DNA of 64,000 nt from Piromyces finnis finn (lineage: Eukaryota > Fungi > Neocallimastigomycota). This document shows positions 11,741 to 26,997 of the stretch, piece after piece (position 1 is the stretch's first letter; every line of letters starts with the position of its first letter). The stretch is taken from the NCBI GenBank assembly GCA_002104945.1, contig MCFH01000005.1:620001-684000 (forward strand), in the 5' to 3' direction. A program made the position numbers and the translations under genes. The notes beneath the pieces are model-generated. The model was not told the origin of the DNA. It did no database searches and saw only the letters and a list, made by a program, of their open reading frames with translations.

Positions 11741-14700
11741 GTTGGTTATTACAATAGACTATTATAATAAACCTTTTTTTATATACATATAATAAAAAAT
11801 TATATAATTAACATTAATACTTTAATTAGTACTAATTGAAATAACTATCACTTCATCAAATCTCTACTTACTTTTTATAAAGATAATATATAAAATATTT
11901 ATAATGTTTTTTTTAAAGATTTTAAAAAATCCAAGGTTTCTTTTTTAGAAAATTACTTCAGAAATTATAAATATCCTAAAATATGATGATAAATTAAAAA
12001 CAAAATAATACTATTTAGAATTACATAAATCTATCTTTAGACTATAAATTATATTTGAAAAAAAAAATGAAGACAAACCTTATTTAATAATAATATCAGA
12101 TAATAATGATATAAAAAAAAAGGAAATACAAATATAATCAAAATTATTTTATTCTTCCTTTTCAATGATAGTATATTTATACTTTAAAATCATAATTATT
12201 TTTTAATATGGAAAGATAAAAACATGCAAATAATCAAGCTTATATTAATACTGTATTTATATATGAATGGATATTTTTTATTTTTGTTTTTTTTTTTTTT
12301 TTTCTATTTTTTTTATTATTATTTTGTTTTGTTTTCTGTTTTTTAGTTTTTTTTTTTTTTAGGGTTATTTTTTTTTTTTTTTGCTTTTTAATTTTTAAAT
12401 AAAAGTAATAAACTACTTGAAATTTTTCTTTTGTACTATTTTAATTACTAAAACTATTGGAATATATATATATTTTTATTTCTATTCTTCTATTCTTTCT
12501 TTGTTTGGAGGGCCCTTAGTTCTTTAAATAATAAGAACTTAATATTTTCTTTTATCTATTGATTAATTTTTTTAAAAAAAAAAAAAATAAATAAATTGAA
12601 TGATAATAATTGAAAATTTTTATTATTATTGTTGTTGTTATTATTATTATTATTATTATTATTTTCTATATGGTACTTTCAAAAGTTCCTTATATATCTG
12701 CAAATATGTATTTATTGAATTGAATTTATATTTAATTTCTAATTTGATTTTAAATTATTTTTTATTGATTTTATATTTTTTTTTAGTTTGGAATTTGTTT
12801 TTTTATTTATTTATTTATTTTTATTATAGCTTTGTTTATATTCTGATAATTTACTCATTAATTCTTTTTTTCATTAATAAAGAAAAAATATTAGTATTAT
12901 ACTTTTAATTAAAAGAAAGCAAAAAATAAAATGTATTTATAAAAATACATTTTTAACAAAAAAATATTTAACTGAATAAAAAATAATTATATATTTAAGC
13001 AATAATCATATATTTAAACTAATATAAAACTATTATTACTCATTTATGATCATATATATTAAAAAAAAAATATATATATATAATAATAATAAAAAGGTAT
13101 TAAGATGGGAAGAAAATAGCAACAAAAAAAAAAGTCTTCTTTTTCCTAATACTTTTATTAACTAAAAAAAATTATTTTGAATTATTTTTTTTAGCAAAAT
13201 TTTATTATTAGTTAAAATTATATATAATATCAATATATAAATAAAGAATTATATCTACTGATATAAACTCTTTTTTCTATATAATTATATATATAATATG
13301 TAGGTAAAAAAGTAAGAAAAGAAAAATGAAAATAAAAAAAAATAAAAATAAAAATATTATTAAAAAATCACAATAAAAACAATAAGAATTATATTAAATA
13401 ATATATTTAAAATATATTAAAAATATACAATATCATTTAAATTTATATGTATAAGGATTTTTGTTATATTTTGAATATATTCCAATATATGAAACAGAAT
13501 ATAATAAATAAACATATTAAATGTAACTAACAAATGATTAAAAAGATTTTGTACAACATAAAAATTAAACTTTAAATAAGGAAATCAGTTTATTGTTAAA
13601 GTATATATTATTATATTATTATTATATATATAATATATATTAAAAAGTAAATATTTATAAGGTTTATATAATATTAAATTTACAATGTTTATTAAGGAAT
13701 AAAGTTGACAGAATAATATAAATTAATAAATATTGTTACTTTTTTGGTAAAAAAAACTGAAAAGTAGATAGAAATTTTACTAAAATAAAAATAATAAATG
13801 ATAGTTATTGTAGTAAGGAAAAGGTTTATAATAATAATAATAAATAAAGAAGTCAAAAAAAAAAGATTATTATTATTATGATATTTAAAATAATAAAAAT
13901 ACACGATCACAGTTTTATTATCCTTATTATATCAAAAAAAATTACTCCTCTACAATAAATAAATTAATAAATTTGTGATAACTAGTTTATAACATATTCT
14001 TGGTTGGATTGGTAATAAGTAGAAAAAAAAAAACTGAAACCATATTTATTCTTTTGTATATTCTATATTATTTTGGATATTTTTAGTACAAATAATAAAC
14101 AACAAAAACAACAACAAACAACACCAACAAAACAAAAATTGTTACAAATTTTAATTTGTCTTTAGTAAATTCATATATCCATAAAAAATCCTTTTTTTTA
14201 ATACTTGTGCAACATATTAACTTAGCTCCAATAAAAAGCCTTTAAAACTAAATTTATATTTAATTAAATTAGCCAATCATATCATCAATAAGCACATATT
14301 AAGAGAATTTTGTTATTTATATTAAAGATATTATAAATATTTATAAATTACATTATTACTATAATACATTGATTAATTGTATTATGAAATGTATTACAAG
14401 ATTTTAATTTACAACTTCCCCAATTTATCAATTTTTTAAGGATTAGATTGTTTGTTAAAGGTTAGAATTAAGGTTAGGATAGAAACATTAAAATAATTAA
14501 AAAAAAAAAAAGGGAAACCATAAATCAAAACAAAACATTTATAACTTTTAAGTATATACATATATGCATATATATATTGTTTTTATTTTATTTAGTATTT
14601 ATTGATTCATTTATTATATCTTGTTACAAAAGAATATATAATTAAAATATAATAATTAAAAAAAGTAAAAAAAAATAAATTACAAATATATTATAAAAAA

Positions 14701-15201
14701 ATATTATCATCTTTTAATAAAGTTGATTATTAAACTTTATATTTATTTCTTTACTTTGATAATTATTTATGTCAACTTTTTTTTTTTAATAAATTAAGAC
14801 GTTATTATTTATTATTTTTTCTGTTAACCTTATAAATCATATAATTATTATCAATTCCTTATTTATTGCACCCTTAATGAAAATATCTTAAAACACTTTT
14901 AATTTTATAAACTAAAATAAGAAATATAAATATATACTTAATATATACTTAATAAAAATAAATAAATATAATAAATATATTATATGTTTTTTTTTTATTA
15001 ATAAAAATTATTATTTTTTAAAATTTACTATATTATAATTGTAATTGTTTAAGAAACATAAATTTATTATTGTATATATTTTTCTTTTTTTTTTTTTTAT
15101 TTTTTTTTTCTTTTTCAATATTATTTATATAATTGTATTTTTATTATAATTTTTTTTATTAATTATAAATAAATAAATAATTGTTAAAAATATTCAATAT
15201 T

Positions 15202-16814
15202 CTATATACAACCAAGGTAATCTTCTTTAATAGTACCAATAGCAAACTATTAAATTAATGATTTTATATATATACATAAAGCAATGATAAAGATAATAAT
15301 AATTAGAATTATTTAAAAGTTTTGTATATAAAATAAATACAAATTTAATTAAGATAATTATTTAATTAATAGTAAAGTAATATTTTAAGCTTACAATTTC
15401 TGTTGCATCAACTCTAGTACCAACAATCTTTAATCTGACATTTACATTATTAGCAATTCTTTGTTGCTATATTTTTTTGTTATATTTTTGGATTTTATAA
15501 TATAATATGTATCAAATAAAATTATTATTAATAAAATGCATTCCTCATTATTGCAATTATTAAAAATTCTGAATTTTCTTTTTATCTTTTTTTTTTATTT
15601 TAATAGTTCTATAATATTATAATATACTTACATTTTCAGCACCAACTGATATATAAGATGGTGGGTTTGAATTTGGATCAAATTTCATATCTTCTGGAAT
15701 TAACTGAAGTTTAACGAAATAATAAAAGCATTTAATATATATATATATAAATTAATATTAAATATACATACAAATGTATAATACTAAATACTTAAATAGT
15801 GTAATTACTACTTACATGATTAGATACGAAAACTGTAACAGGTCCAACTTCAACAAAGAAACCCATCTAATAATAAAATAATAAATTTATATATTATTAT
15901 ATATTACGTATTTAAAGTTAATATATTTAATATACTATTATTAAAAGATATTTTAAAAAAATATTTGAATATGATAATTGAATATTTTTATTTATTTTAT
16001 ATATGCCATTTATTTTCTAGTTACTAATTATTTCTTTTTGTATGTAATTAAAGTATTCTATAAGCCTATAGAATATACTTATTATAAAAGTGTATTAAAA
16101 GAGACAGGTTTTATATACTAAATTTTTGTAATTTTATTATATTTTATCAATACTTTTCTGTAAACTATTTTAGTATTTAAAATTGTTATATATATATATA
16201 TATATTTTTTTTTTTCTGTTGAAATTTTCTTTAATTACATTTTGTTGAATATTTTATTATCATAATGATTTACTTCAATTTCGTCCACAATATATAAACA
16301 TCTTTATTATTGCTTATCCATTTCCATTTTAATTTCATAATTGTTAAATTTTAATCCAGAAATTTCTTTTACATTTAATATATAATCCATCTACATTTTA
16401 ACTTTATCTATTTTATATATTTTTTAATCATTAATTATAATGTAATAAAGGCTATAATATTAGAAATTAACCTTATTAACAGAAGTAACAATTCCATCAA
16501 CAACTTCGTTCTTGAATGGTTTAAATACAATTGCTTTATATTCGATTTTGAATTCTGCAAAACCGCTTGTTGGATGTAACATTCCTCTTGAAATAGATGT
16601 TATTTCAATTACTGAAATAATAAAACCAAATCTACCTGAGCAAGTACCTTCAACTTCGTCATGTAATCGTCTAATTAAACATGCTTGAATATTTGGACCA
16701 AAATATTGTGGATGAAGTAAAATTGTATGTGTTAAATTTTTCTATTTTTTTTTTTTTTATTTTAAATAATTAAAATGTATAAATATTTATAAATCAGATG
16801 AGAAAAAAATGCAT
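15202..16814 (-). CDS. RPB7: DNA-directed RNA polymerase II subunit RPB7, multi-exon; start codon uncertain (16814 or 16884)
   Basis: Exons translated by hand: KNLTHTILLHPQYFGPNIQACLIRRLHDEVEGTCSGRFGFII...FKPFKNEVVDGIVTSVNK (16741-16472) | MGFFVEVGPVTVFVSNH | LIPEDMKFDPNSNPPSY | VRLKIVGTRVDATEI | FAIGTIKEDYLG. Internal introns are GT-AG. Not in the ORF track. Confidence 0.93.
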
Positions 16815-17472
16815 TTTTTTTTTTTTTAAATAAATAATACAATTAAATTTATATTTAATGTTCATTTTTTAATTATTGAACCATGTTGAAGAAATTATTT
16901 ATTGCAAATTTATTTCATTTATGTAAAGATATTTCATTCAAAATTATTTGATATAAAAAGTAATTTTTTCAAGAATAAGTTTATTTTTATAATGTTATAG
17001 TTATTATTATAAATGAATTGATGTATTAAATAATATGTATTTAATGGATAATTAATTGAGATTAATTGATTGCATAGAATAATTAAAAAAAATCCAGAAT
17101 TTTGTTAATATTTATGTCATATTATTAGAATAATAAAATAATTACAAGGTTAGTAATACATTTAACAATTTTTAAAAAATGTATTTATATTATAATTAAA
17201 TAAATATATATTTTATAGTAATGAGGTACTTCAACAAAAACTTTTATAATTACTAATATTTACCAAGAAAAACATTTTTATTTATAATTTATAATTTAAA
17301 TATAATTAAACAATTTAAATAGGTACAATTTATAAACAATTTTATAATGAATTTTTTATAATAATAATGGTACTACTATTATTACTATGAATATTGGTAT
17401 TATTATTATAATGCCCTTTCTTAAATTATTAAATGTGTGTTTTTTTTTTATTATTATTTATTTAAATAAAAA

Positions 17473-17512
<40 letters not shown>

Positions 17513-19428
17513 TACATTAATTGTTTTATTTTTTATTATTATTTTTTTTTGATTAATTTATATTTAAATGGATAATAACTTTTTTAAACATTATTCCCAT
17601 GATGACCACATGCTATGACATTATTAAATGTACCATTTACATAAACTAATTCTTTTTATTATAATATCCCATATTTTTATAAAAATAAAAGTGTGATGTG
17701 ATGGCACATAAATGTTTATCTGTATTAAAATAGTAAAAATAAAAACTTTATATAAAAATCATGAATACATTTTTCATTGTTAAATAGTATTATAATAACT
17801 AATATGTTTTTATATAATATTTTATAAAATAGATAAAAAAAAAAAATACTAATTAATGTCAAAAGGATATTGATTAAACAAATTAATTAAAATAATTTTT
17901 CAATCGATTTTTTTTATCAAGTCTTTAAATAAAATGTTTCCTTTTTTAAAATTTTTTTATAATTAATCTTAAAATAGTAGTTTAACTAATTATTTTAATA
18001 AACTTATATATAATTAATAGTGTTTAACTTTTTTTTTTTCTTCATTCATTCATTTATTTTTTCAAGTTATAATAAACAATATAAATAATTAATAACATTT
18101 AATTTTATAATCACTTTAAATATTAATAATTCAACAATAATTTATTTTCCTTATTCATTTTATAATACTAAATAAATTTAGTATTATATTATTATTCTTT
18201 TATTTTATGTGTTAAAGCTATTTGAAATTAACTATATTAAAAGCATTCATCTTTTCTTTGTATTTCTTATTATTAACATCACCAAAATTCACCATAACCA
18301 TAATCAAAACTATAATCAAAACTTCTTTATATCATAAAAAAAAGGTCGATACTAACTTTTTTTTTAAAAGGAGTTTCATGTGCATTTAATTTAAATCAAA
18401 TTTATTTTTAATATTTCTATTAGTATTTTATATTAATTAAAGTTTGTGAATTTTAATATAATCAAGCAATAAAATAGTTGAACTAAATTAAAAAGTAAAT
18501 TATTTTTCTATTGTTGTAAATCTAATCCTTTGAAAAATTTAATTTAAAGATAAAAATAAGCAATTTATTATTTATTAGAAATCTACTATTTTTATAATAG
18601 TATCTATTTGCTAATGATTTATTTTAATTTTAATTATAAATAATATTATTAATTATTTTAATTCTTTTATATTAATTATAATTTATTTTATTAATCATTA
18701 TTTATTTTTGTTTATCATTATTTCCTATTATCATTTATTATTATTATTATATATTATTATTATTATCCTATTTCATATTCTTTTTTAATATAATTTATTC
18801 ATTTTTTATTAATCATCTAATATAATTTGCAATTTATACGATATTTATGGAAAAAAGTTTATTTCATTTTCTTTTTAAATTTGTGTAATCTTGCTTTATT
18901 ATTATTATTCATCAAGATTTACAAAATTATTAAAATGTTCCATGATTTATTTTCTACCATAATTAATATTTATATTTAAAATATGGTAAAAGGATTGGAA
19001 TTTAATGAATTTTATCCTCTTCTTCTTATTATTATTCCTTATATTATAGATTAAACTAAAAAAAAAAAAAAAAAAAAAAACAATTTTTAATTGTTGATCT
19101 TATATAACTTTTTAATATATTATATTAAATTATTTTAATTATTTATATTATAAAATGTGGAAATGACTTTTTATATACAATTTTAGAGAATAGGAATAAT
19201 AATAAATTAATAATATAAATAAATTAATATAAATATTAAATAATTAAATATATATTTATATGGGGATAAATAAAAAAATATATAAAAAGGAAAAAAAAAG
19301 TTCTTTTTATTTTTTAATTCATTATTAAAGTAAAATAAAAAAAGTAACAAAATAAAAATAAATAATAATAAAAATAAATAATAAATTAATAAAATAAAAA
19401 AAAATTAATAATCAAAACAGTAATAAAA

Positions 19429-19734
19429 ATGAAGTCTTCAATTCTTGCTATTTTATGTTTATCTTTTGTTGGTATGGTTTATTCTAATGATGTCTTTGAA
19501 CCAACTGAAATTTTTGAAATAATTGAACCAACTGGCACTAGCATGGAAGGTGCAGAACCAACTGAAAGTGCTCTTGATAATTATTTTTCTTGTGAAATTG
19601 ATGATTGGGAATGTAAGGCTGAAATGGCTAAAAAATGTTTCGATGATGCTAGTCAATGTGACTTTGATGCAGAAGTTATTCCACAAGAATGTATTAACAT
19701 TTTAACTGCTTGTGAAAGAATATGGAATTATTAA
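19429..19734 (+). CDS. Small secreted acidic protein (101 aa) with EPT repeats and a C-terminal 6-Cys module
   Basis: Signal-peptide-like N-terminus MKSSILAILCLSFVGMVYS, coding-like composition, and Cys spacing C-x6-C-x7-C-x6-C-x10-C-x6-C ending in IW. Confidence 0.8.
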   Translation: MKSSILAILCLSFVGMVYSNDVFEPTEIFEIIEPTGTSMEGAEPTESALDNYFSCEIDDWECKAEMAKKCFDDASQCDFDAEVIPQECINILTACERIWNY

Positions 19735-20732
19735 AAATAATCTTAACAAGTTATAGAATTAATAGATAACTAAAAAAGTTTTACTTAAATATATAAAAAT
19801 ATTTTTTTAAAACTTTTTTATTTTATCATAAAGACGTTGTCTAAAAAAATTAAAGAAAATATGAATTAATAGATTTTTATAGTTTATAAGATATTTCTTA
19901 AAACTAATATTTATTCATTACATAGATAGACAAAGTCAAAACTCTATAGAGATGATTGTATATAGATGTATTTATAATCGTTATATACAATTAAAAAAAA
20001 AATCAACAAAGTAGAATTTATATTATTCATAATATACATATATAAATTTTATTTTATTGAAATTTATTATTAAAAAATAATACTTATACGTATTGTAAAT
20101 AATTAAAATAATAATAAAAAAAAAAGAATGATGTAAGATGATTAATAAAATATTAAAAGTAAAATAAAAAATAAAAATTGTAATGTTATGCATTATTACT
20201 TGTTATAAAAATAAATTTCATTATGAAATTAAAAAATTTAATGAAAATAATTTTTAAATTTTTGTGTTCAGAATTTTATTTTATTTTATTTTTTTTTTTT
20301 TTTTTGTTTTTTTTTGTTTAAAATATATAATGAAAGATAGTATTTAAACTTAAAATTTTATTGTTTATAAAATAAATTTATAATTACGGTGAAAAAAAAA
20401 AAAGAGTTTTGTAGATTACTAAGAATAAACCTATTTTAATTATGTATTTACAAACGTTCTTTTACTCAATGCTTTTTTTTTTTTTTTTTTTTGCTATTTA
20501 TAATTTTTTTCATCAAAAAGGAATTTATATATATATATATATATAGAGAATAATAAAAGTGTTTTTTTTTTATATATAATATATAATGTCAATTTCATTA
20601 AAAAAAAAAAAATGGATTCAAAATATATTTTATTTTTGGAAAAAAATATGGTGATTAAGAAATTATTCTAAAAGGGTTAATAAATTAATAATAGTTGTAA
20701 TAGAATCCTAACTTTTAATACTACTAATAATA

Positions 20733-20763
<31 letters not shown>

Positions 20764-21344
20764 GGGTTAATACGTGGGTGAATAAATACTACAATTTGAA
20801 TTGTATGCATGGATGTGTGGGAAATTTATATCCAGACTTAAATAAAATAGTAAAGTAACAATATCAGATTGGCAAGTGGGATGTAAACTAAATTCTCTTA
20901 TAACCTAGGAATTATTAATAAATAAATATATATATATATATATTTTTTTGATAAAGACTATCATTTAAATTAAAGTATATGATTTTTTTTTTTTTTTTTT
21001 TTTTACTATAAAGCTCTCTTAAATTAGAAATTAAATTTGTTTAGGTCTTTTTTTTTTTTTGCTGGAAAATTATATCTATTTTCAATAAATAATAAAATTA
21101 AAAAATTTAAAAATTAAAAATTTAAAATAACTTAGGTCGTTCTTTTTAGGTGAAATAATTTGTACTCTTGTAAAATACTCATCCCTATAAATATAAATTC
21201 TTTTTATTTGTATTTTTTACAGATATTCAAATGTGTCTTTTTTTTTTTTAACAGCATCATATATTTTTAATTTAATTAAAATTATAATACCTGTAATAAT
21301 AAGAAATTAAAAATAAAAAAAATATATTTAAATAAGGTAAAAAT

Positions 21345-21452
21345 GCCACTATTATACTAAATTATAATAATTGTATTTGACTTCCAATGGGACACCAAGT
21401 AAAAAATCAAAGTTTTATCATAAGCTGTCTTACTGTTTCTTCATCATTGATG
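21345..21452 (-). mobile_element. Fragment of a LINE 3' end, related to the element at 49450-50630
   Basis: The reverse complement contains atcaatgatgaagaaacag, tatgataaaactttgat and ttggaagtcaaatacaattat...tttagtataatagtggc. These match about 50495-50625 with indels. Confidence 0.75.
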
Positions 21453-22014
21453 CAAATTATTTAATCTTTTTTTTTTTTAACGGAATCAAATAACTATTAA
21501 TTTTTTAAACCTGCCTTGTTACCTATTATACTTTAGATAAAAGAAAATATATTCTATTTATTTTCAAACAATCCTTTTCAAAACACTAAAAAATACTCAT
21601 TTTTTCTAACCAAATATAAAAAATAATACACTTTTCAATAAATATATAAAAAAACTTACTATATCTAATTAAAAATCTTTTATTTCCTCTTATATATTAA
21701 AATGACCTTTTGTCCCGTTTTTTTATATTTGAACAATAAAATTCATATATATTAAACTCCTCATCCGACTTCTTTATCTCTTGTAATTTTATATTATTTC
21801 CGCATTTATTTAAAATTAACTGATTAAAAATTTAAAAAAAATTGTTTCCTATCATACAAAAAATTGCTGTTTATTAACTTAGTAACTGATTCAATAGTTC
21901 TACACACAAAAAATTTTGAATAACTTTTTCGAATTTATTAATAGAAAAAAGATCTTTTTTATATATTTTTTATTAGAGATTTTTATGAAAACAATATTCA
22001 CAACTTTAAGACAT

Positions 22015-22884
22015 TTAATGACCGAAAATGGCAGCCTATTATTATATATAATAACATTTATGTTAATATTTATACTTCTACTACATATTCTTTAACGTTA
22101 ATTTTATTTACCTTCTTTTCAGCTTGTCTTTGGAGTCTTCTTTCTCTGGCGGCCTTGTTTCTTTGGCGGTGAGCTTCGGCTTGTTCGAAGAGAAGCTTGG
22201 CTCTGGCCTTTTCAGCCTTAGCGACGTGGATGTATTCCATTAAGACACGCTTGTTCTTGAAAACGTTACCCTTAGACTTGTTGTATAAGACATGGTATAA
22301 GTGCTTGTCAATCTTACCAGATTCACGGTATTTTCTTAATAAGTTTCTGAGGACACGTTGTCTTCTCATCCACATAACGTGTTCTGGCATACGAGCATCA
22401 GCAGTACCCTTACGCTTACCGTAACCAGTGTGTCTACCAAGACGCTTGGATTCGTGCTTTTGTCTAACTCTGAAACGAGAGTGGGAAGTAGCTGGCTTCT
22501 TAACAATGAAACCATCCTTGAATAACTTACGGATGTTTTGACCTTTTTTAAACAAATATATAATCTTTACTTAATTATTTGTCTTTCTATTTTAAAATTT
22601 ATTATATTAAAATTTACTTACGGGAGTTAGCGGTGGAAATTTCAGTAACTTCATTTGGATCTAACCAGACCTTTCTCTTACCGCACTTAAGGACGGCGGC
22701 TGCCAATCTCTTTTGAGTTCTGAGGTTGACCCTTTATAAATATGATATATATTTAAATACATTAATAATCATTTTATTATAAAAATTTTTACATCAACAT
22801 TAATTTAAATAAAAAAACTACTATTCATTCATCATTTTTAAAATAAAAAAATTCATAATTAAAAAATTTAAAAAACATTTACAT
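22015..22884 (-). CDS. RPL19: 60S ribosomal protein L19 (eL19), 4 exons
   Basis: The ATG is split by an intron (AT|gtaaatg...aag|G). Exon 2 reads [27 protein letters not shown], exon 3 reads [17 protein letters not shown]...[16 protein letters not shown], and the last exon is AAIFGH*. Locally high GC fits a highly expressed gene. Confidence 0.97.
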
Positions 22885-24390
22885 TGTTAACGAACTACAA
22901 ATGGAAAAAAAGAGAGAGTAAAATTGTATGCTTTGACGATTCTTTTGTTATAGAATTTAGATTAATTATTAATCAATTAAAATTTTTAACTCTAATAGCC
23001 AATCAAATACACATATACAAAAGCCACTTAAATGTATATATATTTTTATGTATACATATTATTTAAAATTTTTGATATTGTACAAATATAATACTTTTTG
23101 TATTTAATTAAATTAAACTGAATGTATAGGGTTATATGGATTATTTTAATCAAAATGATTTATATAGTAATATAATAATATAATATATATTTTTTATTTT
23201 CAATCTTAATTAGGTATTTAAGAAGCTTCAATACTCGTATAAATGTATTACTAAAATAAATTTATTAATTATTATTTTAGTAAAGCATTTTTCTACTTAT
23301 TCATTTAAAAAAAATCTACTTAAACTTTAAAAAGCTTAATTTTGATGTTAACTTTTTTCTTTTATAAAATTTATAAAGTTCTTACTTTTTATTTTTCCTT
23401 TTTTATTTATTATTAAGAATATTGAAATTTAAAAAAAAAAAAATAAAGAGACCTTTACTATTTATTATTTAATCATAACAAGATTTTAGAATAAAATAAA
23501 TATATATATATATAAAGTGTGTGATATGTATAAGTTACTTCTTAAAATTTGTGTGTTTTTTTTTTTTACAATTATATATGTATATAAACTTCCTAACCTA
23601 ATCTAATGTTTTAAAGCTTATTTTAAGGAAGACATTATCTTTTTTTCTGTAACTGATAAACTTTTCAATTATTCTTTACCTTTGTAAATAATAAACAACA
23701 TTCCTAATTTCTTTGTTAAAAAGCAGTTTATTATAATAATAATAATAATAATAATAAAAATTATGCATTTTTAATTTATTTTATTTTTTTAAAATATGCA
23801 AAAAATTAAAGTTTAATATTTTAGTGATGTTCTAATAATTATTTTTTTATAAATTAATAAAATTAAATTATAAAGTTTAAAAAATAAAAAAGGAAATACT
23901 TTTTTTTTTTAAATAATAGAAATTAATTTAGAAATAAAAGTAAAAAATAAAAAGAAAAAAGAAAAAAAGACATTTAATAATATAAATTATAATGAATATT
24001 ATAATAATATATTAATAATAATATATTACATTTTATATTTAAATACAAAATTTTAATAAAACAAACGAAACATTAATTATCCATCATTTAACATAAATTA
24101 TATTATAAATTAATAAAATACATTTTAAATAAGGAAATAAAAAACAATAAAAACAACATATACAACAAATATAAATAATATATCTAATTAAAAAAAAAAA
24201 AAAGATAAATGAAATAAAGAAAAAATAAAATTGTAAAATTTAAAAGGAATTATATATTAAAAATTTGAAATTTATTAATATTTAAACCAGGAATACAAAT
24301 CACACAATATACATATAAAATATTAATATTTTTAAATATATATTTTAAAACTGTATACAACAAATATACTAGATAATTTAGACTATCAAT

Positions 24391-26338
24391 ATGAAATTTT
24401 ATTCAATTCTTTTATTAAGTGTAATATTAAAAAAAGGAGTTTCAGCTTTTTCCGATACTTTTATATATGAAGATGCATTTTCGAAACCACCTTTCCAGCT
24501 ATATTTTTCAGATCAATTTCTTAATGAAAAAGAATTAGAAGTATTGGTACTATATCATTATTTAGCATATTAAAGTTTGAATATACAAAAACATATTAAA
24601 TAAAGAACTTTATATTAATAAACATATAAATAAATAGTAAATAGTAATGATATTAATATTATCTATTTTTTGGTAAATAGGAAAGAGAAACAGAAAATGA
24701 AATAGTAAAAATGGTTTCTAAAGAAAATAAAGAACATTATATTTGCGAAGTGCCAAAAGTTAAGAAGAAGAAAGAAAAAGTTGTTCGAAGAAGTAATATT
24801 ACTAATGTTAAAAATGCATTATCTTTATTAGAGCCAATGAAAAATAAATGCTTATATCATGTAAATTATTATTTAATGAAATTTCTATATACTACTATTA
24901 ATAATAACAATAATAATAAAGAAAAAAGAAAAAATAAAAATAAAATTTTATTAGTTAATTATCATAAGTTAAAATTGAAATAATTTATATATATATATAT
25001 TTATATTATTTATTTTATATATTCAAAAAATGTTTATTGAAATGACATAAAATTATATAAATAAAAGACAAGTGGTTGGTGGAATTATGAATTTTGTTAT
25101 GGAAAAAGTATTCGACAGTATCATGTAGCTGGAAAGAATGAGCCAGCTAGATATAATTCAAATTATATATTGGGAAAATACACAAAATATTTAGAGTTAT
25201 CATCAGGAAAAACAGAAGAAACAAAAGATTTAGTAAGAATAACACCAACTGGTAAAAATTATTTTACTCAAAAGTTTATTGATGGTACAAAATGTGATAA
25301 AACAAATATACCAAGAACAACTGAAGTTCAAGTAATTATTATTAAATCATTTCTATAATAATAATAATAGTATTTGTGGTGATAGAATGTCATTATTTTA
25401 TTATCATTATATTAATTTCCAATTTTTTTTATTGAAGTATTATTGTGGTATCGAAGAAAGTATAATATATATTAAAGAAACCACAACTTGTAATTATGAA
25501 GTTGCAATTAGCACTAATAGACTATGTAAAGATCCTGTATTTAACCCACAGATCAATAACCCATTAAATTCAATATTATGCTATTTATATAAAAGTACTG
25601 GTAAATATAATAGATATAATATATTAATCATTATATAAGTTAATTGATAAATGAAAATAATATAATAATATAAAATAATGAAATTGTTATATTATAAACG
25701 TGAAATTATATAAATATTTAAAAATATATTTTGAAACAGATAATTCTAATGATAATAGTTTAACATCGGATGATTATTCATTTGACGATGATGAAGATAA
25801 AACAGATAATGAAAAATTGTTTGAAATCCATAAAAAATATAATAAAGGAACTATGAAAAAAGCATCAGATATTTTTAAAAATAAATATATGAAATCTTTA
25901 AATTTTAAAAATAAAAAAGTTTTAGCTAATCCTTTTTTTAAATCAAACGATGATCAAAAAAATAATATAATTAAAAAAGAACAAATTTCTAAAGAAAAAA
26001 GTAAAACTATTCAAGAACTAAATAGAAGATTAATTAAATTGATAGGTGAAAAGGAGAACAATGATGATGGTCAAAATGAAGAAGATTCAGAAACTAAAAA
26101 AGAAAAAATTAAATTAATCATGGATAAAATTAATGAATTAAGCTTGAGTAATGGAGAAGAAAAAGAAAAGAAAAAAAAAGTTAATTATCATATTTCTGAA
26201 AGTACAGCTAAAAAAGTTATTTTAGAAAATGCTTTAAAGAGAGAGGATGTAAAAAAAATTGATGATCCAGCAACAAAACATCTTGTTTTAGAAAGAATTT
26301 TAAAAGAAGAAGAAAATAAAAAAAATAACGAAAAATAA
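24391..26338 (+). CDS. YOS9: ER lectin Yos9/OS-9 homologue (MRH/PRKCSH domain), multi-exon
   Basis: Signal peptide followed by exons giving YICEVP, NALSLLEPMKNKCLY, GWWNYEFCYGKSIRQYH, YFTQKFIDGTKCDKTNIPRTTEVQ, YYCG...IKETTTCNYEVAISTNRLC, then a charged tail. Confidence 0.85.
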
Positions 26339-26997
26339 TTAAAATTAAAAATCAATATTAAAAATACTGGTAAATAAAATAAAATAAGGAAAAATAAAAC
26401 AACAAATAAACATTAACAACAATAAAAATAAAAGTAAAAAACTTTATAAATTTAACATTCAGACTAAATAGTAATTGAATTTATAAAATTTTTAATAAAA
26501 TAATTTTTATTTACAATAATTTACAAAATAAATTTATAATAATAAATTTATCTTTTAATAATATATTTCTATTTAAATTAGATAGTAATAATAATGATAA
26601 AAGAATAAAAATAAATAAAACAAAATAATGTATTATTATAATTTTTTTTTTTTTTTTTCACTTACGTTTTTAATTGATATTGGTATTATAATTTTTTTTA
26701 GTTTTGAAAAGATAATATTTTAAAATCAGAAATAGCAATGAAAATAAAACTGAATTAAATTCATTATCATTCTTTGTATTGTTTTATTTCTATTATTTTA
26801 TGTCGACTTTTAATAAGTAAATATAAAGTAAACAAAATAAACAATACAAAGAATGACACTGAATTTGATTCAGTTTTATTCCTTACACTTGCTTTACTTG
26901 AAACTTTCCTCTATACAATTGAGATTTCCTTTGCTTATTGGTAATAAAACAATATGAAAAATTAAACAGAATCAGATTTAACATCAAATATTATTTC

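Noticed and set aside
12600-13910. F/Y/I/L-rich short ORFs in intergenic DNA (also 4495, 17387, 42964, 52169, 56497, 59994)
   Set aside because: Expected by chance in very AT-rich sequence; no motifs or splice context.
17597-17640. Possible C/D snoRNA (ATGATGA box C-like)
   Set aside because: No box D (CTGA) or terminal stem at a suitable distance.
26200-26338. Yos9 lacking an HDEL/KDEL signal
   Set aside because: OS-9 homologues without a retention signal are known, so this is not unusual.
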